Of a DNA stretch of 64,000 nt, positions 25,530 to 39,626 are shown in pieces. Location: the NCBI RefSeq assembly GCF_009914755.1, contig NC_060928.1. The stretch is one strand, 5' to 3'. A program made the position numbers and the translations under genes. This stretch comes from the human T2T-CHM13v2.0 reference genome, Homo sapiens. The notes below the pieces were generated by a model. The model did not search any database, had not been told where the DNA came from, and was given only the letters and a program-made list of their open reading frames with translations. Position 1 is the stretch's first letter. The number at the start of each line of letters is the position of its first letter.

Positions 25530-28268
25530 TCTCCTTTCTATTTTCTCCATCTAATAGTCCACAGTGACTATTGTTCCCATGTTTATATCCATGTGTGCTT
25601 AATGTTTAGCTCCCACTTATAAATGAGAAAACGTGGTATTTGATTTCCCATTCCTGTGTTAATTCGCTTAGAATAATGGCCTCCAGCTTCATCAATTTTG
25701 CTGCAAAGAACAAGATTGCTTTCTTTTTAATGAATGCATTGTATTCCATAGTGTATATGTACCACATTCTCTTTATCCAATCCACCATTAATGGGTACCT
25801 CAGTTGATTCCATGCCTTTGCTATTGCAAATAGCATGGCAACAAACATACAAGTACATATGTTTTTTTGGTATAATATTCTACTTTTCTTTCAGTATATA
25901 TCCAGTAATGGGATTGCTGGATTGAATGGTAGCTGTTTTAAGTTCTTTGAGAAATCTTCAAAGTGCTTTCATAATAGCTGAAATAATTTACATTTCCACC
26001 AACAGTGTATAAGAGTTCCCTTTTCTCCATAGCCTTGCCAGCGTCTGTTGTTCTTTGACTTTTTAAAATAAAAGCCATTCTGACTGGTGTGAAATGGTAT
26101 CACATTTTGTTATTGATTTGCATTTCTCTGATGATTATTTATAATGAGAATTTTCTCATATGTTTGTTGGCCACTTACGTGTCTTCTTTTCAGAAGTGCC
26201 TGTTCATGTTCTTTGTCCATTTTTTAAATGGTATTATTTGCTCTTTGCCTGTTGATTTAAGTTCCTTGTAGATACTGGATATTAGACCTTTGTTGGAGGC
26301 ATAGATTGCAAATATTTTTCTCTCATTTTGTAGGTTGTCTTTTTACTCTTTTGATAGTTTCTTTCACTGTGCAGAAACTCATTAATTTAGTAAGGTCCCA
26401 TATGTCAAATTTTGTTCTTATTGCAATTGTTTTTGGGGACATAGCCAAAAATTCTTTGTGAAAGTGGATGTCAAGAAGAACATTTCGTAGGTTTTCTTCT
26501 AGGATTTTCATAGTTTGAGGTCTTATATTTAAATCTTTAATACATCTTGAGTTAATTTTTGTATATTGTGAAAGGTAAGGATCCAATTTCATTCTTCTGC
26601 ATATGTCTAGTCAGTTATCCCAGCACTATTTATTGAAATCCTTTCCCAATTGCTTGCTTTTGCTCAGCCTTGCCAAAGATCAGGTGACTGTAGGTGTGCA
26701 GCTTTATCTCTGAGTTTTCTGTTCTATTCCATTGGCCCATGTTTTTCTTACTCTACCACTGGTGCCATGCTGTTTTGATTATTGTAGCCTTATATTATAG
26801 TTTGGAGTTGAGTAATGTGATGCCTCCAAGAAGATCCAAGAAAATACAATCAGAAATGACAAAGATGATATTACAACTGACCTCACAGGAATACAAAAGA
26901 TCCACAGAGAATACTATGAACCACTCTATGCACACAAATTAGAAAAAATGAGTTAGAAGAAATGAATAAATTCCTGGAAACAGACAATCTTCCAAGATTG
27001 AATAAGGAAGATATTGAAACCCTGAGTAGACCAACGTTGAGAGACCAACCAGCTCTGAAATCAAATCAGTAGTAGAAAACCTAACAACCAGAAAAAGCCC
27101 TGGGCCAGAAGGATTCACAGCCAAACTCTACCAGGTATATAAAGAAAAACGTGTGCCAGTCTTATTGAAACTATTCCAAAAAAACTGGGGAGGAGTGACT
27201 CCTCCCTCTTATTCTGTGAAGCCAGCATACCCTAATACCAAAATCTGGCAGAGACACAATGAAAAAAAAACCTCACGCCAGTATCCCTGATGAAGATAGA
27301 TGCAAAAAACTTTAACAGAATACTAGCAAACCAAATATAGAAGCACAGTGAGAAGTTAATTCACCACAATCAAGCAGGCTTTATCCCTAGGATGCAAGGT
27401 TGGTTTAATACGTACAAATCAATAATTGTGATTCACCGCGTAAACAGAATTAAAAGCAAAAACCATATGATCATCTCAACAGATGTAGAAGAAGCTTTTG
27501 ATAAAATGCAACATCCTGTCACGATAAAAACCTTCAATACACTAGGCATTGAAGAAACATACCTCAAAATAATAACAGCCATCTCTGATAAACCCATAGC
27601 CAACATTATACTGAATGAGCAAAAAGCCCTTGAGAACTGAAACAAGAAAAGAATGCTTGCTGTCACCACTCCTGTTAAATATAGAACCAGAAGTCCTAGC
27701 CAGAGCAATCAGGCAAGATAAAGAAATAAAAGGCATCCAAATAGAAAGAGAAGAAGTCATACTATCTCTGTTCACTGATGACATGATTCTATATCTAGAA
27801 ATTCCTAAAGACTCCACAAAAATGCTTCTGGGACTGAAAAATGACTTAAGTAAAGTTGCAAGATACAAAATCAGTGTACACAAATCAGTAGCATTTCTAT
27901 AAACCAAGAATGTCCAGGCTGACGGTCAAATCAAGAACACCATTCCATTTACAACAGCCACAAAGAAAATGAAATACCTAGAAATACAGCTAACCAAAGA
28001 GGTGAAAGATCTCTACCAGAAGAATTACAAAACACTGCTGAAAGAAATCAGAGATGACACAAATAAATGGAAAAATATTCCATGCTCATGGATTGGAAGA
28101 ATCAATATTGTTAAAATGGTTATACTGCCCAAAGCAATTTACAGATTCAATGCTATTCCTATCAAACTACCAATGTCATTCTTCACAGAATTAGAAAAAA
28201 TCTATTGTAAAATTCATATAGAACCAAAAGGGAGTCCAAGTAGCCAAAGCAATCCTTAGCAAAAAGAA
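25530..28268 (-). mobile_element. L1PA15/16-like insertion with 5' inversion: 3' part on minus (25530-26827), inverted ORF2 RT region on plus (26828-28268)
   Basis: Minus-strand 3' UTR/ORF2 up to gtaatgtgatgcctcca, then plus-strand ORF2 ([40 protein letters not shown]) ending at gcaatccttagcaaaaagaa. Confidence 0.95.
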
Positions 28269-28549
28269 ATGAACTGTTCTTGACTGTAACAAAGCAATGA
28301 GAAGATATCTTCTAAATGTATTCTTAGTTCATCATAAGCAGATTGATTTGTATTTATTTTCCAAGGCATTAAGGAAAAACTCTTCTAAAATGTCATTCAA
28401 AAATGTTTCTAATTTTGTTCAGTTGCTGAATTTTGCCTTGCATACAATGACTTTCAAATTTTTAGTAAGCTATTATTCAATCTCTTCTTGCAACTAAGAA
28501 AGATTTGCTCACTATTCTCCCTGTGGTCAATGTTGTTCAACATTCATCT

Positions 28550-29960
28550 TTTGTTTCAGTTCTCTTTTATTTACAAATAACAGAAAATCACTTCTAACTG
28601 TCTAAGTAAAATAATAAAATAATAAAGAAAAAAGGTGCTTTATTAGCTTATGGAACTAAAAACAAATCTGAGGTAAATTGGTTTCAGGCACTGCTAAAAC
28701 AAGGAGTTCAAATGTACCAAGTCTTAGTCCTCTTGTTTCTTAATCATATTTTCTTCCTCCCTCTGTGTCTTCCTCTGTTCATTTCTATCTTTCTATTTAT
28801 ATCTTAACTTTGCTTTCCTCTACGTTCGTTGCATTTTCAAACAGGCTTTCTCTGAATTTAGCAAGATGGCTACTCACAACTCTAGAGTTAAATCTAATAC
28901 AATCAGCAACACATTTGAGAGAAAAAGACCCCTATCCAGTTAGCTCAAACAAAGTCCGTGGAAGTACAGTCAGTTCTCTTTATTCATGTTAGTTATATTC
29001 TAGAAAGTTGCCATAAATGCTTAGTTAGAAAATACTGAACCATTGCCCCAAGGTAAAATACAAGAATATGGAGCTAGGTCGCTGTGAATCTGAGCCTAAT
29101 CAAACCATTCTCATCAATCATTACATAATCTTGTTTTATGTGGGCTTTCATTTAAAAACCATTTATGGAAAAACACATAAAACAAGATTATGTATTTTAT
29201 ATATATACTATATATATAGTTAATATATAAAACTGCGTATATGACACTATATATATGTAGTTTATATATACACATATATATATGCACACACATGTAAAGT
29301 TATATAGTTGATTTATTTACATTAAACTCATGACCAACAGCACTGTAGCTCATGCTTGAACAAAGCTTATATAACATGCATATTTTATCCAAAATGTACA
29401 TCAAAGCCTCCTTGCTCTTTGGAACAGTAGACAGCACTTTTTAGCACTATTCTTGCAGTCATTTTAAACAGTAAAATCACACACACACACACCAAAAAAA
29501 AAACCCTACAAAAATGTGAAAAACATGGCCCAGAATAGACTTCAAAAAGAACATGTTTACTGTATGAGAGCTGAAACAAAAAGTCAGACCTTCACCTTGT
29601 TCAGCCTCGGCTGGAAACATACACATGGGGTGACCCAAATTTTTTCTGCTCTGTTTGTGTCTTTGAATAATCAGGATTTGGGGATTACAAATACATTTTA
29701 GAAGAATTTATATCAGTACCCATTCACAAATATAAAAGCCATGATTAATGAAGATGTACTGGAAGTCTTTTGGCTGTGATTTACCAAGTTCTGAGTCACC
29801 TACTCACTCTTCGACACAAAGGGACTGATGTCAGTTCCCTGTGAGGAACATGGACGATTCAGTCAATTCAGGATGGCTCCCTAAGGGAAATAGATGCAAT
29901 TATTAGTAGCAGGGGAAGGAGAGATTGGAAGTGGTCAGGAAAAGAAAATTACTAAGTATT
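28550..29960 (-). mobile_element. Ancient ERVL/MaLR-type LTR split by a Tigger MITE (subfamily uncertain)
   Basis: caaataacagaaaatcact...tttattagcttatggaact...ggtttcaggcactgct...caagatggctac; LTR-like sequence appears to resume after 29761. Confidence 0.5.
28967..29761. mobile_element. TcMar-Tigger non-autonomous element (MER82-like)
   Basis: TA then cagtcagttctctttattcatg at the left end; catgattaatgaagatgtactg at the right end (15/22 inverted match); internal aatactgaaccattgc. Confidence 0.8.
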
Positions 29961-31184
29961 ATTGACATCTTGTTTCAGCCTACTCCTTCCTGAGTAAAAG
30001 ACATTTATTTCTTAAGACTTTTACTTTTTAAAATTCTCTCCCATTAGCATATAGCTTTCCTGCTATTTATACAAAGACTCATGCAGAAAATGTATACTCT
30101 ATATAGTAATTATTAATTAGTGTAAAACCATCAAACTATCCTGAATAATCTTACCTATTATATACAACTTTATCTAGTATTTTCTTTAAATTAAATTTAA
30201 TTTGTGATAATTCTGTTCTCATTTTCTTTCTTGAGGCTGATCACTAGTGAAATAACAAGAGTAAAGTTTTCTTATTAACTGGGAAAAAGTGATCATACTA
30301 TACTTATGCCAAGCCCAGTTTGTTTTTATTTCTTAAAAGACAGGGAAATACTGCTTATTTCACTTTCCTATGGATAGGCTTCTTGCCTTTACAGATGGTG
30401 TCTTTTATCATCAAAAATGTTTCTTCTGAGAAAACATAATGGAAGCACAGTTTGGTTACATAATTTCACCCATTGATGTACAAATTCAGTTAGCACTTAT
30501 TATTTTCTCTGTGCTTGGCATTGCAGACTCAATTATCTGAAAGACAGGTAAATAGAGGGTTACTTAGCACATTCATTCAAGAAATAAATAATTCTTAAAG
30601 ATGTCTTCATGCCAAAATTGGATTGGTTTGGGGAGATGGGGAGAGGGGTAGGCCCTGTCTTTACAGAGTGTGCAGTCAAGTGAGACACTTAACTCAGTAC
30701 AAGAGGACCCATTAGAGGTGAGCATGGTTTACCTGGATACCACACATGTGGAAGCAGAGATGAGGATAGGTGACATTTTAATGACACCTTAAAGGATGAG
30801 TCAGTGTATCTGAGCTGATTGAGAGATTTGGAAGTCTCTAGGGAAGTTTACTAATATTTGGTTGACTGTAGTCCTTTGGGAACTCATAGGACTGTGTTTC
30901 CCACTGGTGAGCTCCAGTCTTGTGAAATATGAGAAGTGACACATGGAAATAAAATCTTTAGGACCCAGCATTCTGGGGGAACATCCAGTGTTGCCATTCA
31001 CCGAGATTAGGAATTCACATAGTAATACAGGGGTTCCCAACTACTGTTCATTGGAATAATAGTTACCTGTGATATTAAGTAGTATTTTGGGCAAAAGAAT
31101 TCTTAGACCAAATAAATGCCCAAATTACTGTGTCAAAGAGGTCGAATGTGTACCTCTACTAAACTATTTCCTAGTACTCTTAGA

Positions 31185-31488
<304 letters not shown>

Positions 31489-32490
31489 TAGTACTCTTAG
31501 AATTCTAATAAAACTTGTGAAGTTACAGAAGGAAGATATGTATATAGCATTCCTGATAATTATTTTACCCACAGGTCACTAAATCCAACATATATTTTTC
31601 AGTCCTTGTATTGTTTGACTGCTTTGGGTTATTTGACAATGTTGACCTCCTTTCCTAAGGCATCTTATTTCATCCCTTCACCTGAGTATGTGTTAATTAT
31701 TCCAGTTACTATTTATGAATCACATCACATGTGTTAGGCCTGTGTAGTCACTTAGGAAATAAAACAGTGAGCACAAACAGACACAATTCACCATTTCACA
31801 GAGCCTAAGTGGGCTGAATGAGCTTGACTTTAGCTCAGCAAAAGGATGCTTCAGTTCGAGATAAGTAAAAACCTTATAACCAAGGAGGCTGGTCTATCCA
31901 GTGGAAGAGGGAAAACTAGGTGCTTGTGTCAATCCTGAAAGATGAGGAGGAGTTACCGAAGCTAAGGAGGCAGGGACCACAAGGCAAAGGAACAAGCATT
32001 TCAAATGATTTGCCATGTGTAGGCAAACAGCAATACAAGGCCAAAGAAATGTTAGTAAGTCTAGTGTGGCTCAAGAACAGAAAAAGTAATTAACGGCGAT
32101 AACTACCCAGTCATGAAGACCTGATGCCGGTGTGTTAGGCTTCAGTACTTTCTTTATCCTAAGCAAATTGACAATTCATTGAAGGAATTCAAGCTAGAAA
32201 GAAGCATGCCAGAGAAGGGAGTGCCCCTCTTTTTTGGCACCTTTCATGGTTGATCATTATACATGTTTATATATGATTATTTTATTTACATAGTATTTAT
32301 GACTCAGAAGAATAGAGACTACCTGTAATCGTTCACCATGGTGTTCCTGGAGTCCAGCAGAATGACTAGTCCATAGCATTCTGTAAGTTTTTATTAAATG
32401 ATTGAAAGAATTCATTATATGATATTTTTCATCTATCATCTGTCATCTCTCCCATAGATTTTCCACAATTTGAAAAGCAACACTCTAATT

Positions 32491-32642
32491 CAGTAATTTT
32501 CAAACTTTAATGTGAATATGAATCGCCTGAGAATCTTTTTTAAACTGCAGCAGTCTAAGGTGGAGTTTAAAATCCTTCAACTCTAATAACTCCAAATGAG
32601 GATGATACTGGTGGCCCATGGAATACGCTTACAGTAGCATTG
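32491..32642. mobile_element. MER5B-like hAT MITE
   Basis: cagtaattttcaaactttaatgtgaatatgaatcgcctg...tggtggcccatgga...agtagca. Confidence 0.7.
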
Positions 32643-32717
32643 AGTCCTAAGCCCTGAATCGAAACCTAGGTGCAAAGAATAGAGTGAATTCAGCATATTC
32701 CTTCCTGTACCAGTGAG

Positions 32718-32935
32718 TCTCATATTCTCATAATTGGATGCCCATAGAAATAATCTGGAAAGTTGTCTCTCTCTCTCTCTCTCTCTCTCAATATATTTAG
32801 ATATATATCTTTTTTACACTCTCTGGGCCTCATCACTAGAGATTTTGAATCAGCTGATCTGGAGTAGAGTTGCAAGCATTGGAAATCTGAAATAACTATC
32901 CTTGATAGCCTAATGAACACCCATGGCTGAGATTC
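32718..32935. mobile_element. Second MER5-like MITE containing a (TC)n run
   Basis: ctgggcctcatcactagagattttgaatcagctgatctggagtagag...catggctgaga. Confidence 0.55.
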
Positions 32936-33994
32936 AGCGTTTTATATAAAGGCCCACCTCTGGGTTGCTTGGAGTTAAATCCAACTCTTTTGCCTTCTCT
33001 CCTCATTCCTCCAGTCCCTGGCCTGCCCCTACTCACTTCGCTCATTAGTCTAGCTCCTGCACAGATGGTGTTTGTGGGCATGCTGATGACTTCCATCACC
33101 ATCAGGGTGCTCAATGCCAGAGGGTGCAGCAAATAAATTGACTGTGCAGGTGTAATGGGGAAAGGAGGATTGATGCTCAGAGGAATGTCTTCTTTTGTGA
33201 TACATTCTATCAAAATCAAAATCCCCCTGGCTGACTTGCCAGGAAGTATACTTCGTCATGTTAATATGAAAAAGAGCTAATGACACTACATATATTTACT
33301 TTTCTTTCTTCTTCTTCTTCTTTTTAAACCATCCAGATGTTCAGAAGCTAGGCATTTAATATCCCGTGTTTGACCTTATAGCCCTCTGCCATCTGCTACA
33401 CAGGATGTTTCAGCAAGCTAATGTGAAAAGGCATTTGATAACAAATTAACTAGATTGTAACACATTTTGATGATCCCAATTCAAGGTAAAAATTTTCATG
33501 CTAATAATTAATTAGATGAGGACTCTCATGGATCTTCCTCAAATTTTCTGATGCCTTAAGTTTCCTGCAACTGTGTGAAGACAGGACTACATCCCAGCAT
33601 AGCCTGCTGTCTTCCTTAAACTACAGTTTTATCTCTTTTCCCTGATAACTGGGATAATCTCATCTAATTTGGAAACATAACTTTATTTGGCCTTTAAAGA
33701 GTTAACAAATTCCCAGAAAATACTGTATCAGTGAGAGTAATAACAAAATACTAATTATATCCATGTATATATTAGTTACTTAGTCAATCCATAAAGGTAC
33801 GATGTGAACAACTTCATATTTTAGGTGAAAAAACACCCCAAGAACAAGAAGAGTACTGGGTCTGCCTGTGAGAATTGTACTTGAGCCCATTTATCCATAG
33901 CACCTATATAGAACAAACAATCTCAATGATAATTCATTGTTAGCATTCTCATATTGATATAATGCTTTTTTTCCTTTATCTTTTGGTCAAAACA

Positions 33995-35830
33995 TCCTTC
34001 TTTTATCTTTTTAAAGAGTAATTTTAGATTCACAGTAAAATTGAGCAGAAAGTACAGAGTTCACACACACTCCACCGACTCACACACACAGCCTCCCCCA
34101 CCAACATTCCACATCTCTGTGATATATTTGCTACAGTTGGTGTACCAACATTCACATATAATTATCAACTGAAGTCCAAGTTTACATAAGGTTTCATTCT
34201 TTGTGTTGTACATTCTCTGGATTTTGACAAATGTATGACAGGTATCTAACACTGCAATACCATATAGAATAGCCACATGCTGTGAAAATCTCCCCTGCTC
34301 CGTTTATCCTGTTCATCCTTCTCATCCTTACTCCCCATAATGCCTGGCGACAACTGATCTTTTTCTGTCTCTTTAGTTTTGCCTTTTCCAGAAGGTCAAA
34401 TAGTTGGAATTGAATGGTATATGCCCTTCTTCAGACTGACTTCTTTTATTTAGTAATATGCATATACATTTTCTCTGTGCCTTTTCATGGCTTAATAGCT
34501 CTTTTTTGATGCTGAATAAAATACTATTGTCTGTATATGCCATAGTTTGTTTATCCACTCACCTGTTGAAGAACATTTTACTTGCTTCCAAGTTAAATAC
34601 AATTATGGGTAAAGAGACTATAAACCTTTGTGTATAGATTTTCCTATGGACATAAGTTTTCAACTCCTTTAGGCAAATACCAAGAGTGCAATTGCTGGGT
34701 TGTATGGTAAGAATATATTTAGTTTTGTAAGAAGCCACCAAAATGACTTCAGAAGTGGCTTTACTATTTTGCATTCTCACCAGGAGCAAATGACAGTGCC
34801 TGTTTTCCACATCCTCACCAGCATTTGGTGTTGTTAGTGTTCTGAATTTTTGCCATTCTAACAGATATATAGTTATATCATTATTGTTTCAGTTTTCATA
34901 TCCTGATGACATATGACAGAGGGCATCTTTTCATATGCTTATTTGTTACCTGTATATCCTCTTTGGTGTGGTTTCTGATAAGGTATTTGGTCCATTTTTT
35001 AATCTGGTTGTTTGTTTTCTCGTCAGTGAGTTTTAAGTGGTTTTGTACAGATACTCCTCAACTTAAGATGTGGTTACATCTTGTAAAACCCATTGTAAGT
35101 TGATAATATCATAAGTCAAAAATGTGTTTAATACACCTAACCTATAGAACACCATGGCTTAGCCTAACCTACCTTTCCTGTACTTAGAACACTTACATTC
35201 ACCTACACTTTGGGAAGTGATGTATTGAATACAGTACATGATAGAGTACTGTGTCAGTTATTTACCCTCATGAACATGTGGCTGATTAGGAACTGTGGCT
35301 TATTGCCACTGTCCAGCATCACAAGAGAATATCCTATCTCATATGGCTAGTCCTAGAAAAGATTCCAATTTTGGACTGAAAATATGGTTTTTACAGAATG
35401 TGTCTAGCTTTTGCACCAGGGTAAAGTAAAAAGAAAAATAAATAAGTCAAGCCATCATTATGTTGGTGACCCATCTGCATGTTTTGGATGGAAGTCTTTT
35501 ATCAGATAGATATCTCTTTTGCAAATATTTTCTCCAGTCTGCAGCTTTTCTTTTTATTCTCTTGACAGTGTTTTTCACAGAGCAGAAATTATTAATTTTA
35601 ATTAAGTCCTGCTTATCAATTCTTTCTTCTTTGAATTTTGCCTTTGCTGTTGTATCTAAAAAGTCATTGACAGACCCAAGGTTATATAGATTTTCTCCTA
35701 TGTTATCTTCCATAGGTTTTATAGTTTTGTGTTTTACATTTAGGTCTGTGAATCATTGTGGGTTACTTTTTGTGAAGGGTGTAAGGTCTGTGTCTAGACT
35801 TTTTTTCCCCTGAGGATGTCCTGTTGTTCT
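33995..35830 (-). mobile_element. L1MC1/2-like 3' end interrupted by MER47
   Basis: ttttagattcacagtaaaattgagcagaaagtacagag 3' terminus; ORF2-like peptides (ERIDKQDLIKINNFCSVKNT). Confidence 0.9.
35048..35477. mobile_element. MER47B-like (Tigger5 family) DNA transposon nested in the L1MC
   Basis: ta|cagatactcctcaacttaagatg ... catcattatgttggtgacccatctg|ca terminal inverted repeats; 430 bp. Confidence 0.85.
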
Positions 35831-36184
35831 AAGAGGTTTTCAATTCTCTATTTATTCTTCACTCCCCCTAATTCTTCATTCTGAGCAAACTCAGAATAAG
35901 AGAATAAGAGAAATCTCACGAGGATTATTGTTTTCTATTCACCAATATGTAGATCACCTTCATTTTTACTTGGATGCTAATATAATTCTTTCCCCCATAT
36001 TTGGATTGAGGACAGTTGCAATTCCAATACATGTTTTTCTGGATACAAAAGGAATTTAACCGGTGCAAAGGTGGTGTGTGTGGGGTATGTACAATTGAAT
36101 ATCCAGCCCATTCGATGTGAGGAGCACAATTTATGAGAGTGGATCTTTAAGGACCTTCTATAGCTTTTGCGCAGCAAGACAAAC

Positions 36185-37257
36185 AATCATAAAATGAGAA
36201 GATAAGCAAGAGATTGGGAGAAAATATTTGCAAACTATAAATCTGATGTATGTTATTATCCAAAATACATAAGAAACTTCCGCAACTCAATAGGAAAAAC
36301 AAAACAAAACAAAAAGAAATAATCCAATTTAAAAATGGGCAAAGGACATGAGTAGGGATTTTCTCAAAGAGACATATAAATGGCCAACAGGTATATGAAA
36401 AGGTTTTCAGTATGACTACTAATCAAGAAAATGCCCATCAAAATCACAACAAAACTTCACACCTGTTAGATGGCTACTATCAAAAAGACAAGAGATAACA
36501 AGTGTTGGTGAGGGTGAAGAAAAAGGATCCCTGATATACTGTTGGTGGGGATGTTACTTGGTATAGCCATTATGAAAAACAGCACGGAAGTTTCTAAAAA
36601 AATTAAAAATAGAACTACTGTATGTCCCAGCAATGCCTCTGCTGGTTATATATCCAAAGGAAATGAAATCATCACCTCCTAGAGATATCTGCACTCTTAT
36701 GTTCATTGCAGCATCACTCACAATGGCCAAGATATGAAAACAACCTCACTGTTCCTTTATGGATAAGTAAAGACATAGTGATATAGTGATATCATTCAGC
36801 CTTGAAAAAAAAACCCCAGAAATTCTGTCATTTGTGACAACAAGGTTGAAGCTGGAGAATATTATGCTAAGTGAAATAAGCCAGACATGAAAAGACAAAT
36901 ACTCCATAAACTCACTTGTGCATGAAATCTAAACAAAGAGCAGAATACACAGAAACAGAATAGAATGGCGATCATTATGGGCAAGAAGGAGGGGGAAATA
37001 GGTCAAAGTGTGCAAACTTGCAGTTGTGTAGAGTGAATAATTCTAGAGATCTAATGTTCGGCATGAGGACAATAGTTAATAATATTGTATACTGAAATTT
37101 TACAAAGAGAACACATTTTAGGGGCTCTTACCCCAAAATGTATGGAAGATAGTGAATAGCTTAATCTGCTTGACTATAGTAGTAATTTCATTATGTGTAT
37201 GTATACGAAAACATCAGGTTCTACATCTTAAATATGTCCAAAATACTTTTAAATAAA
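36185..37257 (+). mobile_element. L1MA8-like 3' end
   Basis: ggagaaaatatttgcaaac...ttatgctaagtgaaataagccagac...ttctagagatctaatg...aaaacatcag; ends in aataaa. Confidence 0.9.
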
Positions 37258-38099
37258 GGTATTTTGTAGTGCAGTTGGATGGAAGTGGTAATAAAATAAT
37301 TTTCAAGTTGGCTCAGGAATAAGATCTTTCAGTTCAGGGTGTGCCAATGAGATGGGTAGATGCCTTTTTTTCTCCTCTCAGTTTTATTCTATTAGAGAAT
37401 TTAAACCTGAGATGAAGACTGATAGTTACTGAGTGATGCTGGATGAATTCCTCATGAAATCTTCAGGGAGGAAGATGTATTCTATAATATGTGTAGAAAA
37501 ATAGTACATAATATTATTAACTAAATGCTTAAACTACTTTTCTCAAAAGTGAAATAACAAGACAGATATAAATAGATTGATATATGCATACATACATGCA
37601 TAAGTAGAAAAAAAATGTGTGCATGCTTGTCTCTGCATGCCCAAATTATATTTATTTTTCTTGTTCCACAGTTCAGGATCTGCCAACTTTTCCTCAGTTG
37701 GCTAAATTACTTTCATAACCAGTAAACATATGTTATTTAAGACAGAAAAAAGCTATTTGATAGATTTACTCATTGTATTTTAAAAATGTATTTTAATTTT
37801 ATAGCACCTCTATAAGAATCAGTACACCTCCACCTGGAAGCTAGGACAAATATCTCAAGTATCAGGGCTCTGGGTGGAAACCCCACCAAACACCCAAAGT
37901 AGCGGGCCTCTTCTACACACACCCTTTCTTCTCCTAAATAGGTAAGAACCGTCTAGCCTGATGAAAATTACCTTATTCCCTTCAGAGAATTTCAAATTCA
38001 CCAGCTATTATTAATCTTTATTTACCCTCCGTAAGTGTTCTAAATCAAATCGATAAGTCACATTCTTTTAGGACATACCATCCTGGACATTCATAATTC

Positions 38100-38102
<3 letters not shown>

Positions 38103-38139
<37 letters not shown>

Positions 38140-38392
38140 GAATCGCACTCTGTCACCCAGGTCAGAGTACAGTGGCACAATCTCTGCCCACTTCAACCTC
38201 CACCTCCCAGGTTCAAGTGATTCTCCTGTCTCAGCCTTCTGAGTAGCTGGGACTACAGGCAGATGCCACCACACCGGCTAATGGTATTTTTAGTAGAGAC
38301 GGAGTTTCATCATATTGGCCAGCCTTGTCTCTTGAACTCCTGATCTCATGATCCACCCACCTTGGCCTCCCAAAGTGCTGGGATTACAGGCC
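38103..38392 (-). mobile_element. AluSg-like element, ~20 nt 5'-truncated, with ~34-nt pure A tail
   Basis: T run at 38103-38136; Alu body ends at gggattacaggc. Confidence 0.96.
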
Positions 38393-39271
38393 AAAATTTT
38401 GTCGATCCAGGTTTTCCACAAATCAAAAAGTCTAAGCCTTCTTTGCTGTTCTAAATACTTTCTGGGCATCCTATGCGTTTAGTTCTATGCTCTGAGAGTC
38501 CTTGCAATTCCTAAGCTTATTTGCTCCATTCTTTCCCTATTATTCCAACTCCTGTCTTTGAGAGAGGACCATGTCATGGATAACAAAAGAGAATATGACT
38601 AAGGCACCACTGCCCTATCAAAGTTGCCAAAACTGGTGGTGCCTTGCATCCCCAAGGTATCTCCAAGATTGCTGAGGCAAGATTCTTTTATTAGAAACCA
38701 CTGTAAACAAGTTGGCTCAGGGGCTCATTTAAATGCTGGTCAATTTGCAGTTCTCAGAACCCCTGTCTAAATCTGACCCACAAGTTTTAGAACTTTTTTA
38801 TACTTCTTGATTTTCTCTTTTTAAAGAACAGCTGATTCCTTGGGAGCTTCTTAACACCTCTTCTACACAGTTTTCTCACTGCCACCTTCCCCATCACCAA
38901 TCCTGCCCAGCTAGCATACTAGACATTTCTGATTACTAGTGAGCCTCTAGCATATATCCCTTATAGATGTTCCTAAAATTAAGCCATGGTTGCATAAATT
39001 AGAAGTAATCAAATGTCCAGCTATCAGTAAAATCTTGAACTGCATCAATGTAATTTGAGTGCTAAAATGCACAGATATGAGTGATGTAGTGTAGCTATTT
39101 ATTAATTCTGATGCAGAGTACAAGAAAGAATGTTGAACTGAAAATCAAGAGATGGATTAGGCCCTTCCTGTTTATTTCAGAATTAGCTTTATAAGCTTCC
39201 AAAATTCTCACAATTCCTAGCTTATTTAAAACTTAGAGGGTTGAACTCAGTCTCTAAATTTTCTTCCAAGG

Positions 39272-39626
39272 TGCTATGGATTAAATGTTTTTGACCCCCC
39301 AAATCCATATGTTGAAACCTAATCCCCCATGTGAGGGTATTTGGAAGTGGGTCCTCTGAGATGTAATTAGGTCATGATAGTGGAGCCCTCATGAATAGGA
39401 TTAGTGCCTTTATAAAAGAGGCTCCAGAGAGCGCTCTCATCCCATCTGCCATGTGAGGACATAGTGAGAAGACAGATACCTAAACACTAGAAAGCATGTC
39501 CTCATCAGGTACTGAATCTTCCAGAGCCTTGATTTTGAGTTTCCTGGCATCCAGAACTGTGAGACATACATATCTGTTGTTTATAAGCTACCCACTTTTT
39601 TATTGCAGCTTGAACAGACTAAAACA
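39272..39626 (+). mobile_element. MLT1A0-like solo LTR inserted in a MIR3-like relic
   Basis: TG...CA termini (tgctatgga...gactaaaaca). Perfect 5-bp TSD caagg at 39267-39271 and 39627-39631. Confidence 0.93.
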
